Assembly: GCA_963739455.1 (NCBI GenBank)
Contig: CAVUAK010000001.1
Location: forward strand, 320,001 to 384,000
Source of the DNA: an uncultured Gemmatimonadales bacterium
Lineage (GTDB): Bacteria; Gemmatimonadota; Gemmatimonadetes; Gemmatimonadales; GWC2-71-9
Reading direction: 5' to 3'
DNA: 64,000 nt
The position numbers and the translations under genes are program-made. The notes below the pieces were generated by a model, which was not told the DNA's origin, searched no databases, and worked only from the letters and a program-made list of their open reading frames with translations. Each line of letters opens with the position of its first letter. Position 1 is the stretch's first letter. Positions 23,040 to 33,868 of this stretch are shown here, in pieces.

Positions 23040-25797
23040 ATGCACCGCATTCGATCGCACGCGTTCCTTGCCTTCCTCCTCACGCTGATGCTCGTGCCCG
23101 CCGCACTGGCCGCCCAGCAGACCGGCCGCATCGTCGGTCGCATAGTCGAGAGCGGACAGGGTGCACCGATCGCCGGGGCGCAGGTCCAGGTCGCCGGCAC
23201 CGACATCCATACGGTGTCGGCTATCGACGGTCGCTACACGCTGCAGAATGTGCCGGTGGGACCGGCGTCCATCACCGCGCGCATGCTGGGCTACGCGCCC
23301 AAGACGGTGACGGGCCTGGTGGTCACCTCGAAGGACGTGGTCGAGCAGAACATCTCACTGTCCTCGTCAGTGGTGCAGCTGGAAGAGGTGGCGGTGACCG
23401 CGGAGGCGGAGAAGGGCTCGATCAACTCCGCATTCGAGACCCAGAAGAACGCGATCAACGTCGTCAACTCCCTGAGCGCCGAGCAGATGGAGAAGTCACC
23501 CGACGGCGACGCCGGCGCTGCGGTGCAGCGCGTCAGCGGCGTATCGGTGGAAGACGGCAAGTACGTGATTGTCCGAGGCCTTGGAGAGCGCTATACCACC
23601 ACGGCGCTCAATGGAGCCACCATCCCGAGCGCCGAGACCGACCGCAAGGTGGTCCCGCTCGACCTCTTCCCCACGGAACTGCTCGAAGGCATCACCACCT
23701 CGAAGACCTTTACCCCCGACCAGCCGGGCGACTTCAGCGGCGCCCGCGTCGACTTGAAGACGAAGGAATTCCCGGCCGGCCGCCAGATCAACCTCGGCGT
23801 GTCAGCCGGCTTCAACACGCTCGCGACCGGGCAGAACATCGCGAAGGCCCCAACCACGAGTGGCGACTGGTTCGGCAACGGTGCCAAGAACCGCGCGCTG
23901 CCGTCCAATGTCGCCGCCGCCGGCGACCTGCAGGGCAGCAGCCAGGCGCAGCTCAACTCCTACATGGCGTCCTTCCGCAATGTCTGGAGCCCCAATGACG
24001 GCACCGGCAACGGCGCCGGCGGCTTCAATGCCTCCATTGGTGGTGAGGACCCGCTCTTCAAGCACATGTTCGGCTACCTCGCATCGTTCAGCTACGGCTA
24101 TGCGCAGGAGATCCAGTCGGACGAGACGAAGGGCATGGTCAAGCTTGGGCCGGAGTCCGGCACCGCACTGGCCCTGAACCAGTACAGCGGCCAGAGCTCC
24201 ATCGGCAGCGTCCTCTGGGGCGGCATGGTCAACCTCTCGACCCGCATCGGGTCGGGAACCAAGCTTGCCTTCAACAACACGCTCACTCGCGGCGCCGACA
24301 ACTCGGTCGAGAATCTCAGCGGGTTGAACGAGGAGTACGCCACCGATTTCGCCTTCTCGCGCATCACGTACATCCAGCGCAGCGTCCGCACCAACCAGCT
24401 GCTCGGCAACCACCTCATCGGCCAGCGCAACTTCGTCACCTGGCAGGTGGCGACCAGCGGGATCAACCGCGATGAGCCCGATCGTTCCGATATCGGCTAC
24501 CTCGCCCGCCCCGGCACCGATGGGGCGCTGGAACCCTACCAGTGGTTCGGCCAGACCCGCTTCGCCACCCGCACCTGGAGCACGCTCGATCAGACCAGCT
24601 GGGACCTGGGCGCCAACTGGCAGCACAGCTTCGGGTCGCTCAACCGGCCCTGGATCGTGAAGGGCGGCGCAGGCTGGCGCACCGCCAGTCGCAACGTGGA
24701 CGTCCGGGCCTATGACATGGTGAACCAGGGTCTCGGCACCGGGCAGTTGCAGCAGCAGCCGGAAGACATCTTCTCGCAGGGCGAACATCGACGCCAGCAG
24801 CTTCTTCATGCAGGCGAACGCCAACGGTGGCCGGTACGACGCCAGCGAGGACATCTACGCCGGCTACCTGCAGATGGAGTTCCCCCTGACTCGCCGGCTG
24901 CAGTTCGTGGGTGGCGCCCGGCTCGAGGCGTGGAACCTCGACGTGGCCAGCGTCACGACAACTGGCGAGGTGGTGGATGCCAACCCGACCGCGACCGACA
25001 TCCTGCCGTCGCTCGCGCTCAACTACGTGCTCACGCCCGACCAGAACCTGCGCTTCGCCGCCACCCAGACGGTGTCGCGCCCCGAGTACCGTGAACTGTC
25101 ACCGATCGCCTTCTTCGAGCAAGTCGGCTTCGCCATCACCCAGGGTAACCCCGCCCTGACCCGCGCCCTGATCCAGAACCTCGACCTGCGCTGGGAGTGG
25201 TTCCCCCGCTCCGGCGAGATCATCAGTGCCGGCGTCTTTTACAAGCACTTCATCACGCCGATCGAGAAGGTCTACATCGCGGCCGCCGGCGCCAACGTGC
25301 TGAGCTACGTGAATGCCGATGCCGCCGACAACTACGGCCTGGAGCTCGAGGCGCGGAAGAACCTCGACTTCATCGGCAAGGGCCTGAAGGTGCTCACGGC
25401 ATACACCAACGTCACCCTGATGAAGAGCTCCATCACGGTCGGCAATGACAGCATCTCGGCCCTGACCAACCCGGTGCGGCCGATGGTGGGGCAGTCCCCG
25501 TACATCGTGAACGCCGGGCTGCTCTTCGCCAAGGGCGCGTGGGCGGCATCGCTGCTCTACAACGTGCAGGGCCAGCGCATCCTCGAGGCCGGCGTGGAAG
25601 GCATCCCCGACGCCTACGAGAAGCCGCGCAACATGATCGACGCGACCGTGCAGATCCCGGTCCTCAGCAACCTGACGGCCAAGCTCGAGGCGCGAAACCT
25701 TCTCGACGCGCAGTACCTGCTCGTGCAGGGCGGGGTCACGCGACAGGCGTACAACGCCGGGCGGATTTTCGGCGTGAGTTTCCGGTGGGAGATCTAG
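23040..25797 (+). CDS. TonB-dependent receptor with N-terminal carboxypeptidase-regulatory-like domain (frameshift ~24780)
   Basis: VIVRGLGERY, VVPLDLFP, PGDFSG plug; TVSRPEYREL; C-terminal beta strand. Confidence 0.9.
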
Positions 25798-25919
25798 GCG
25801 GCGTTGACACGATTGTGACGCAACGGTCACGGGGGCGGGACGCGCACAGGGTTTCGTGCTCCCCGAATTCACGGTGGTCGTGCCGTCGTGAGGTCACGAG
25901 ATTCAACTTCTACGAGGGA

Positions 25920-27648
25920 ATGACGATGACGCGGTTACCTAGGAAAGTGGTGCTCGCTGGCCTTGCCGGCCTGACGGCAATGGTCACACTTGCTGCGTGC
26001 AGCAGCGACAATGGACCGTCGGCTCCCTGCCACGCCGACCGGGCTCGCCGTGACGGCGCTGACCGCCACGTCGACCCGGATCACCTGGACCGCCGTCTCC
26101 GGCGCCACCAGCTACACCCTGCAGCGCGCCGTGGTCACGGCCCCGACGGTCTTCACCGACCTGAGCACCACCCTGACGGTCGCGACCTACGATGATCCCG
26201 GCCTGACGCCACCGCTGTCCAACTACCTCTATCGGGTCGCAGCCACGAACGCGACCGGCACCAGCGCCTTCTCCGGGACGCGCAGCGTCGGCGCCTTCAT
26301 CTCCGGCAACATCACTGCCAGCCGCACGCTCTACAGCGACACCGTCTACACGCTCTCCGGCTACGTGAAGGTGCAGAGCGGTGCGACCCTGACCATCCAG
26401 CCTGGCACCAAGATCGTGGGCGACACGACGGCGCCGGGCAGCTCGCTCTGGATCCTTCGCGGTGCCAAGATCGAGGCCAACGGTACCGCCGCGGCGCCGA
26501 TCGTGTTCACCTCGGCGCGCGCGTCAGGCAACCGCAAGCCGGGTGACTGGGGCGGCATCATCATCATCGGCAATGGCATCATCAACCGTACCGGCAACCC
26601 GATCCTCACCGAGGGCGGCGCGGCGGGTGTGGCCGAGAACTATGCTGGCGGCACCGACAACAACGACAACAGCGGCACGCTGCGCTACGTGCGCATCGAG
26701 TTCGCCGGCTACGACATCTCGAACGGCGCCGGCCAGGAGCTCAACACGCTCTCCAGCTACGCCGTCGGCCGGGGCACCACGTACGAGTACATCCAGAGCA
26801 TGACCGGCCTCGATGACTCGTTCGAGTGGTGGGGTGGCGCAGTCGACAGCCGGTACCTGGTTTCCTACGAGTCGGGTGACGACCACTTCGACTGGACCGA
26901 GGGCTACCAGGGCCGTAACCAGTTCATGATCGCCTTCCAGAGCACGCGCATCACGCCGGCGGCAAACACCGGCACGCTGTCGAGCGACCCCCGCGGCTTC
27001 GAGGGCGATGGCTGCGATCCCGCCGTGGCCGGTTGCACCGTCACGGCGACCACTGCCAGCACGCCATACTCCATGCCGGTGTTCGCGAACTTCACCATGA
27101 TCGGCACTGGCGACCTGGTCGCTTCATTCCCGGCTGACGGCAACGGCGGCGTGTGGCGCCGCGGCACCGGCGGCACCGTGTACAACGGCATCATGGGCCG
27201 CTACAAGGGCACCGCCATCAACATCCGTGATGCGTGGACCGATACCCTGTGGACCGGCTGGAAGGCACCGAACACCAAGGACTCGCTCTGGATCTCCAAC
27301 ACGTTGCTCGCGCAGAACGGGGCGGACTACGACGCCGAGGGCGGCACGTTCTACGGCCAGCCGACCAACTGGGACCCGACGCGCCTCGCAACGATGAAGA
27401 CCTACCCGTCAGGCACCCAGATCGACGTCCTGCTGGGCCTGGGCCTCACGGCACCGGCGCTCAACTGGAAGCCGAGCGCTGCGTCCCCCGCTGCTACCGG
27501 CGGATTGACGGCGCCGCCGGCCCTGATCACCGCCCGCACGACGAACTACTTCGGCGGCACCTGGGCCAACACGTCCTACCTCGGCGCCGTGGATCCGGCG
27601 GCTGGCACGCTGTGGTACTCCGGTTGGACTGTCTACCAGACCAACTGA
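25920..27648 (+). CDS. Lipoprotein with FN3 domain and beta-helix-like DNSGTLRYVRIEFAG domain (frameshift ~26025)
   Basis: Lipobox LAAC in one frame, PATPTGL...W....GATSY FN3 in the next; DDSFEWWGG and DDHFDWTEG motifs. Confidence 0.8.
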
Positions 27649-27663
27649 GCTGAACGTACAATT

Positions 27664-27700
27664 CGCCCGACCGGTGGCAGGTCTGCCGGTCGGGCGTTTT
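27664..27700 (+). terminator. Rho-independent terminator
   Basis: cgcccgaccgg...ccggtcgggcg-tttt. Confidence 0.8.
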
Positions 27701-27733
27701 CTTGCCCGCGAACCGCTTGTAACGAGGAAGTGC

Positions 27734-28351
27734 ATGAACCGCTCGACCCTGATTGTCGTCACCATCGCCGCGTTTGCTGCCGCCTGCGGCGGTGAGCGCG
27801 CCCCGGACGCTGCGGCATCGACTGTCGTGGCGGCCGCGGCACCCCAGCATGTCGATAGCGTGGTGCCGCGCGAGGTGGCCCTGGCGCAGTTCCGCGAGGG
27901 AACGAAGCAGGTCGACCGCTTCTCGGGCGGCGCCCCATCGCGTGACGCCCTCGTGCAAGCCTGGGTGAAGGCGGTCGAGGCCAATGACACCGTGGGCCTG
28001 GCGCGACTGCGCATCTCACGCGATGAGTTCGCGTGGCTCTACTATCCCACCGCGAAACAGGGGCTGCCGCCGTACGACCTGAGCCCGTCGCTGATGTGGT
28101 TTGTGGTGGATGGAGGGAGCAACAAGGGAGAGGCCAGGCTGCTGCAGGACCGCGGCGGAAAGCCGCTGCACGTCGTCGGCTACACCTGCGATCCGCAGTC
28201 GTCAGTCGAGGGGGAGAACACCAGCTGGGGGCCCTGCGTCCTCAAGCGCGTGCCGGCAAGGGGCGACACCCTCGAGGAGCGGCTGTTCGGGCTGATCGTG
28301 GAGCGCGGCGGGGAATGGAAGTTCCTGAGCTATAAGGGGAGGTACGACTAG
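27734..28351 (+). CDS. Hypothetical lipoprotein
   Basis: GAGG SD, lipobox AAAC. Confidence 0.75.
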   Translation: MNRSTLIVVTIAAFAAACGGERAPDAAASTVVAAAAPQHVDSVVPREVALAQFREGTKQVDRFSGGAPSRDALVQAWVKAVEANDTVGLARLRISRDEFAWLYYPTAKQGLPPYDLSPSLMWFVVDGGSNKGEARLLQDRGGKPLHVVGYTCDPQSSVEGENTSWGPCVLKRVPARGDTLEERLFGLIVERGGEWKFLSYKGRYD

Positions 28352-28413
28352 GGCGGGGAGGGCGGGGAGGGCGGGAGGGCGGGGAGGGCGGGGAGGGCGG
28401 GGAGGGCGGGGAG
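28352..28413. repeat. 9-mer array (GGCGGGGAG)x7, left arm of four-helix cassette 1
   Basis: Read directly; one unit is 8 nt. Confidence 0.95.
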
Positions 28414-28429
28414 GGCGCGAAAGTAGGGC

Positions 28430-28810
28430 TCATTTCGGATGACGCCGTGCGGTACCAGCGTTTCTCATGCTTCGCGCCAACAATACAACGAGCCCCATCG
28501 CATTCGATTGCAATTCAGTCAGTTCCTGCCACTTGTCGCGTGGCAGGAACCCAAGATCAAGCGCCAACCGCAAGTGATTGTCGAGTTCTCCGAGGGAGCC
28601 CAGCGAAATATCGAGATAGCGCTTGAACTCGCGCGGACCGAGGCGCGCCGCTCCTTCGGCGATGTTCGCACCAGCAGAACCAGCCGCGCGCCGCGCCTGA
28701 CCGATAAGGCCAAACCTCTCGGTGGTCGGCCAGGAGTTCGTCACTTCATAGACAGCCAATGTGAGTTGATGCACTCGCTGCCACGCGAGTAACCGCTCGT
28801 GTCGGGCCAT
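28430..28810 (-). CDS. Four-helix-bundle protein (TIGR02436 / 23S rRNA IVP family, Avd-like)
   Basis: LLAWQ...VY...WP..ERFGL..QARRAA.S..ANIAEG..R....EF.RYL.I..GSL.EL. Confidence 0.92.
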   Translation of the reverse strand: MARHERLLAWQRVHQLTLAVYEVTNSWPTTERFGLIGQARRAAGSAGANIAEGAARLGPREFKRYLDISLGSLGELDNHLRLALDLGFLPRDKWQELTELQSNAMGLVVLLARSMRNAGTARRHPK

Positions 28811-28883
28811 GCGGAAATGTTCTACCTGAAAAGCCAGCAACTGGCACCCAAACAACGCCAGGCGGGCCGGAACCCCGCTGTAC

Positions 28884-28928
28884 TTCCCCGCCCTCCCCGC
28901 CTTCCCCGCCTTCCCCGCCTTCCCCGCC
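28884..28928. repeat. 9-mer array (YTCCCCGCC)x5, right arm of four-helix cassette 1
   Basis: Reverse complement of the left-arm unit. Confidence 0.95.
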
Positions 28929-28929
28929 C

Positions 28930-30342
28930 TCAATACCCCGCTCTATCCGCTGCCTGCCACGGAGCGAGGACGACATTCCCCGACACCTTCTCGCTCGTGG
29001 CTTCCTCCGAGGCGCTGTCCCAGTAGTTGCCGCCGGCATTGAGCTCCGGCGCGATCACATAGAACCGGCCCGGGCGCAGGAAGATGTTCCCCTGCACCGC
29101 GGCATCCTTTGCGGCTGCGTCGGCCACCAGCGCTTCGCGGTTGCCATCGAACACATTCCCCCTGATGCGCAGCTGCGTCGTTCCCTGCAGTACCAGGGCG
29201 CGCTCGAAACGCGACAGCGTGTTGTCGCTGACCCGATAGCCCCGGCTCGGCGGGCCGGTCTGCGCCGACGTGAAGAGCTTGATGCCATCCTTGCCGCCGA
29301 TCAGCACGTTGCCCGCGATCTCGTTGTCGCTGCCATGCTCGATCGCGATCGCCGCCTCGCGGCTTCCCACCGCCGTGTTTCCCCGGACCGTGGCCCCGGT
29401 GGAATAGCCCAGCCAGAACCCGTAGGCCGAGCTGTCGGCGCGATTGTCGAGGAACACCGTGGCCCAGCTCCACGTGGCCTCGAAGGCGTTGTGGTAGGCG
29501 TGACTGGCATCGTTCCGGATCACCAGGTTGCCCACCGAGGGCTCGAGCCCCGGTTGGTGCCCGCTCAGGAAGAAGCCGTCGCCCGACCAGCGGAGGTCGT
29601 TGTCGGCGATGACGTTCGAGTCGCTTCGCTGCCGGAGCAGCAGCGCCGCGGAATCGCACCCGTGGCTGTACCCCTCGCTCTCGCACCGCACGTTGTGCAT
29701 CGCCCGGTTCCGCAGCAATGCGTTGCGTGACGAGCGCCAGAGGCTCATGCCCCAGCCGCTGTTGTCCGAGACGTCGTTGTCCAGCAACTGGCTCCGCCGC
29801 ACGCTCGACAGCATGATGCCGTTCTGCGCATCCCTGGCCGTCACCCCCTGCACGGTGATGCCCTCGGCGTTCTTGAGGTAGAGCCCGGCCCCGTAGGTCT
29901 CGAAGGTGTCGGGATGAAAAATGTCGAGCCAGTCCGCCTCGGCGAACTGCGCGGGGGTCGAGCGCAGCTCCTGCGCCCGTGAGCCTGACAGCGTCATTCC
30001 CGTCACCGTGTGCCCCGACCCGCCCTCCAGTAGCACTCCGATGCGGTATCCGCGAATCGTGCCGCCGGTGATCGCGACGCTGTCCACGTTGCGGAGCGTG
30101 ACCCCATACCCCGTGTAGCGGCTGGGCACCGAGTCACCGCTCTCGATGATGACGCCATCGAGGTCGAGGTGTACCCCGGACGCCGCCACCACCAGCACGC
30201 CCTTCTGTCCCGGGTCGGCGATCCGGTACCGGCCCGGACAGATCTTCGTGTCACCGCGCAGCTCGGTACCGGCGCGGGCCACGCGAGTGCATGGCGCAGC
30301 GGCGTTCAGCAGGGCGAGGACAGCGATGACGCCAGATATCAT
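28930..30342 (-). CDS. Exported right-handed beta-helix (NosD-like) protein
   Basis: Own signal peptide [12 protein letters not shown]; repeated GI.L....N....N motifs; ATGA overlap with hisF stop. Confidence 0.8.
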   Translation of the reverse strand: MISGVIAVLALLNAAAPCTRVARAGTELRGDTKICPGRYRIADPGQKGVLVVAASGVHLDLDGVIIESGDSVPSRYTGYGVTLRNVDSVAITGGTIRGYRIGVLLEGGSGHTVTGMTLSGSRAQELRSTPAQFAEADWLDIFHPDTFETYGAGLYLKNAEGITVQGVTARDAQNGIMLSSVRRSQLLDNDVSDNSGWGMSLWRSSRNALLRNRAMHNVRCESEGYSHGCDSAALLLRQRSDSNVIADNDLRWSGDGFFLSGHQPGLEPSVGNLVIRNDASHAYHNAFEATWSWATVFLDNRADSSAYGFWLGYSTGATVRGNTAVGSREAAIAIEHGSDNEIAGNVLIGGKDGIKLFTSAQTGPPSRGYRVSDNTLSRFERALVLQGTTQLRIRGNVFDGNREALVADAAAKDAAVQGNIFLRPGRFYVIAPELNAGGNYWDSASEEATSEKVSGNVVLAPWQAADRAGY

Positions 30343-31092
30343 GGTCGCACCGGGTAGCCCCGGCTCTTGAGATAGGCGCGGGCCTCGGGGAGCGAGGACC
30401 CGCGAAAGTGAAAGATCGATGCCGCCAGCACCCCATGTGCCCCGGCCTCGAGGGCATCCGCCAGGTCTTCGAGCTTTCCCGCCCCACCCGAGGCGATCAC
30501 CGGAATCTCGACAGCGCGCGACACCGCCGACGTGAGCACCAGGTCGTAGCCCGATTGTGTGCCGTCCCGATCCATCGACGTGAGCAGGATCTCGCCCGGC
30601 ACCACGCTGCTCGAGTTCCTCCGCCCACTCCACCGCGGTGCGGGCGGTGGCCTCACGGCCGCCGGTCACCATCACGACGTCGCGCCCATCCACCCGCTTG
30701 CTGTCGACCGCCACCACCACGCACTGGCTCCCGAAGCTGTCCGCCAGGCGCCGCACGAGGTCGGGGTCACGCACCGCGGCGGTGTTGACCGCCACCTTGT
30801 CGGCGCCGGCACGGAGCGCCTGGCCCGCATCGGCCACCGTGCGGATCCCGCCACCCACCGTGAAAGGAATGAACAGGCGGTCAGCCACGCGGCTCACCAT
30901 CTCGAGGGTCGTCGAGCGCGCCTCGTAGCTCGCCGCGATGTCGAGGAACACCAGCTCGTCGGCACCTTCGGCGTCGTAGTGCGCCCCCTGCTCCACCGGG
31001 TCACCGGCATCGCGGAGCGACTCGAAGTGCACGCCCTTCACCACCCGTCCGTTCGCGACGTCGAGGCATGGGATGATGCGCCGGGCTAGCAT
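30339..31092 (-). CDS. hisF: Imidazole glycerol phosphate synthase cyclase subunit (frameshift ~30595)
   Basis: [34 protein letters not shown]. Confidence 0.95.
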
Positions 31093-31544
31093 ATGCGCAG
31101 CGCGTCCTCGAGTGCGCCCGCGTCGCCCGCGCCGAGCAGGTGCATCGCGTCGTCGAGGCAGCGCACTTCGCGCGGCCAGGAGAACCGGCGCCTGGCCTCG
31201 TCCAGCGGCAGCCAGGCAAACGCATCGTGTTCCTCGCTCAGCGTCACCGCGCCCTGGTCCACGAAAGCCGCGAACACCCCCACCAGCGTCACGGTATCGG
31301 TCTTGTGGAGGTAGAAGCTCTCCACCCTGCTCAGGTTGTACAGGCGGTCCGGGACGAACCCCGTCTCTTCCTTGAGCTCACGCAATGCGGCAGTGGCCGG
31401 TGGTTCTCCCGGGTCCAGCTTGCCGTGCACCATTTCCCATGAGCCGGGCGACCGTCCGGTTGCGCGCCGAAGCAGCAGGCATTCGAACGCCGCGCCGCTG
31501 CGGCGGAGTACCAGCACGTCCACCAGCGTGATGCCGCTGCTCAT
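31086..31544 (-). CDS. NUDIX hydrolase (NudB-like)
   Basis: Nudix box [27 protein letters not shown]. Confidence 0.88.
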   Translation of the reverse strand: MSSGITLVDVLVLRRSGAAFECLLLRRATGRSPGSWEMVHGKLDPGEPPATAALRELKEETGFVPDRLYNLSRVESFYLHKTDTVTLVGVFAAFVDQGAVTLSEEHDAFAWLPLDEARRRFSWPREVRCLDDAMHLLGAGDAGALEDALRIC

Positions 31545-32161
31545 GGGTTCCACCGCGCGAAGGCATCCAGAAGTGCCAGCCCCGCGCGCTGCGACTTCTC
31601 CGGGTGGAACTGTGCTCCCAGCACGTTGTCGTGGCCCACGAGTGTCGGAAAGACCTCGCCATAGTCGGCGGTGGCGAGCACGTCACTGGCCGGAACGCCG
31701 TGCGGATGGTAGCTGTGGACATGGTAGAAGAACGGCGGCTCGCCCTCGAACAACTGGGAGACGCCGGCGTGAACCCTTCCCGCACCGGTGCCCTCGACGC
31801 GCGCCCAGCCGACATGCGGTACCGGAAGGCCAGGGCGGAACTTCACCACCTCGCCCTCGAGCAGCCCCAGCCCGGCGGCATCGGGCGCCTCCTCGCTCGT
31901 CGCGAAGAAGAGCTGGAGGCCGAGACAGATGCCCAGCACCGGACGTCCCGCGGCACTCACCTCACGCACCGCATCACCCAGCCCGCTGGTCCTCAGGTTC
32001 TCGGCGGCACGCGCAAAGTGTCCCACGCCCGGCATCACGACCCTGAACCCTTGACTCACGACCTCTGGATCAGCAGAGAGGGTGACCTCATGCCCCGACG
32101 CCCCGATCGCGCGCACGACACTGGCCAGGTTGTTCACCCCGTAGTCCACCACGACGATCAC
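31541..32161 (-). CDS. hisH: Imidazole glycerol phosphate synthase amidotransferase
   Basis: DYGVNN, PGVGHF, GICLGLQ, QFHPEKS. Confidence 0.95.
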   Translation of the reverse strand: MIVVVDYGVNNLASVVRAIGASGHEVTLSADPEVVSQGFRVVMPGVGHFARAAENLRTSGLGDAVREVSAAGRPVLGICLGLQLFFATSEEAPDAAGLGLLEGEVVKFRPGLPVPHVGWARVEGTGAGRVHAGVSQLFEGEPPFFYHVHSYHPHGVPASDVLATADYGEVFPTLVGHDNVLGAQFHPEKSQRAGLALLDAFARWNP

Positions 32162-32748
32162 AGCACGCCCTTGGTCGACGGCACCCCCCGCACTCGGGGA
32201 TCGATCATGGTGGCACCGTCCAGCGCGCGGGCAAACGCCTTGACCGCCGCCTCGACGATGTGGTGCGGGTTGTCGCCGCGGATCAGGTCTACGTGCGCCG
32301 TGAGCCCGGCATTCGTCACCAGCGCGCGGAAGAACTCCGGCGTGAGGAACACGTCGTAGTCGCCCAGCAGTTGCCACTTCGGAATCTCGACCTGGTATGA
32401 CAGGTACGGCCGGCCGGAGACGTCCACCACGGCGCGCACCAGCGCCTCGTCGAGCGGCACCAGCGCATCGGCATACCGGCGGATACCGGCACGGTCACCC
32501 AGCGCCTTGGCAATCGCCTCCCCCAGCGCGATCCCGGTGTCTTCCACCGTGTGATGCCCGTCCACGTGCAGGTCGCCCTTCGCCTCCACGGTAAGGTCGA
32601 AGAGCCCGTGCCGCGCGAAGGCGTCGAGCATGTGGTCGAAGAAGCCGATGCCCGTGCTCACGCTCGCCACGCCCGACCCGTCGAGGTCGATGCGCACGCG
32701 CAGTTCCGTCTCCTTTGTCTTCCTGGTTATCTCACCGATTCGCGCCAT
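32158..32748 (-). CDS. hisB: Imidazoleglycerol-phosphate dehydratase
   Basis: TGIGFFDHML, HHTVED, NPHHIVEA, PSTKG. Confidence 0.96.
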   Translation of the reverse strand: MARIGEITRKTKETELRVRIDLDGSGVASVSTGIGFFDHMLDAFARHGLFDLTVEAKGDLHVDGHHTVEDTGIALGEAIAKALGDRAGIRRYADALVPLDEALVRAVVDVSGRPYLSYQVEIPKWQLLGDYDVFLTPEFFRALVTNAGLTAHVDLIRGDNPHHIVEAAVKAFARALDGATMIDPRVRGVPSTKGVL

Positions 32749-32752
32749 CGAC

Positions 32753-32782
32753 CCTCCTCACTCCTCACCCCTCACCCCTCAC
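32753..32782. repeat. 7-mer array CACYCCT x~4 filling the hisC-hisB spacer
   Basis: cctcct cactcct cacccct cacccct cac. Confidence 0.85.
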
Positions 32783-33868
32783 GCAGTTCCTAGAATCTCG
32801 GCCAACGCCCGTTCCACCGCCACCATGTCCCCATCCGTCCCCACCGAGATGCGCAGGCATTGCTCCAGCCCGGCCACGCCCGACACATCGCGCACCAGGA
32901 TGTCATGCTCCTCGAGCAAGCGCCGGTACACCTCGCTCGGTGCCACCGAATGGAAGCGCACCAGGAAGAAGTTGCCGGCGCTCGGGTACACCGTGACACC
33001 TGGCAGCGCGCTGAGCCGTGGGAACGTCCGGTCGCGCGTCGCGATGATGCGCGACACCAGGTCCTGGCGTACGTCCATGTGCTCCAGTGCCACTTCCGCC
33101 GCCGTCAGCGTGAACAGGTTCACGTTGTACGGCAGCTTGGCCTTCGCGATCTCCCTCGCCATCCGCCGGATGCGCCAGCCCCACGCCGAACCGGAGCCCC
33201 GCCATGCCGAGCGCCTTGGAGAAGGTGCGCAGCACGACGACCCGGTCCGATGATGCCAGCGCACCCATTGCGTCCGCCCCGCCGAAATCGATGTACGCCT
33301 CGTCGCACAGCACCAGCGCCCCGGTCTCGGCGAGCACGCGCTCCACGGCACCCTGCGGCAGCACGCTGCCGGTCGGGTTGTTGGGCGAGTTGAGCACCAC
33401 CACCTTGGCCCGCTCTCGCACCGCAACGTCGATGAGGCGGTCCATGTCGTACTGGAATGCGTCATCGAGCGGCACCGGCACGTAGCGCCCGCCCGACACT
33501 GCCGTCAGGACGCGATAGAGCGAAAAGGTCGGGGCCGGTGCCACCACGGCGTCGCCCGGCTCCACCGTCACCGCGAGCGTCGCCTGGATCAGCTCGTTGG
33601 AGCCGTTCCCCGCGAGGATGCCGTCGGCCGGCCAGCGGAACCACTCGGCGAGCCGCTCGAGCAGCCTCGCCGGCACGAACTCAGGATAGCGCGGCCACGA
33701 GGCGCGGGCCACGCGCTCCACGATCTCGCGCTTGAGCGAGTCGGGGAGGTCGTACGGACTTTCGTTCTGGTTGAGTTTGCGTCCCGCGTCGAGTGCCGCG
33801 AGGGTGTACCCGGGCTGCGCCCTGACCGATGCCTTGATCAGGTCGAGCGCATCGGGCTCGTTGCTCAG
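32779..33868 (-). CDS. hisC: Histidinol-phosphate aminotransferase (frameshift ~33175; possible CTG start)
   Basis: KLNQNESPY, GNGSNE, SPNNPTG, DEAY, RTFSKA. Confidence 0.9.

Noticed and set aside
28430..28810. 23S rRNA intervening sequence
   Set aside because: No rRNA sequence flanks either four-helix gene
28811..28933. N-terminal AGK-repeat extension of four-helix protein 1 (similarly the PPY extension of Tig)
   Set aside because: Translation of the repeat arms; homology starts at MARH (28810) and MSNI (18247)
28930..31092. 720-aa HisF/beta-helix fusion
   Set aside because: The HisF C-terminus is present in another frame with its own stop at 30339, and the beta-helix gene has its own ATG and signal peptide
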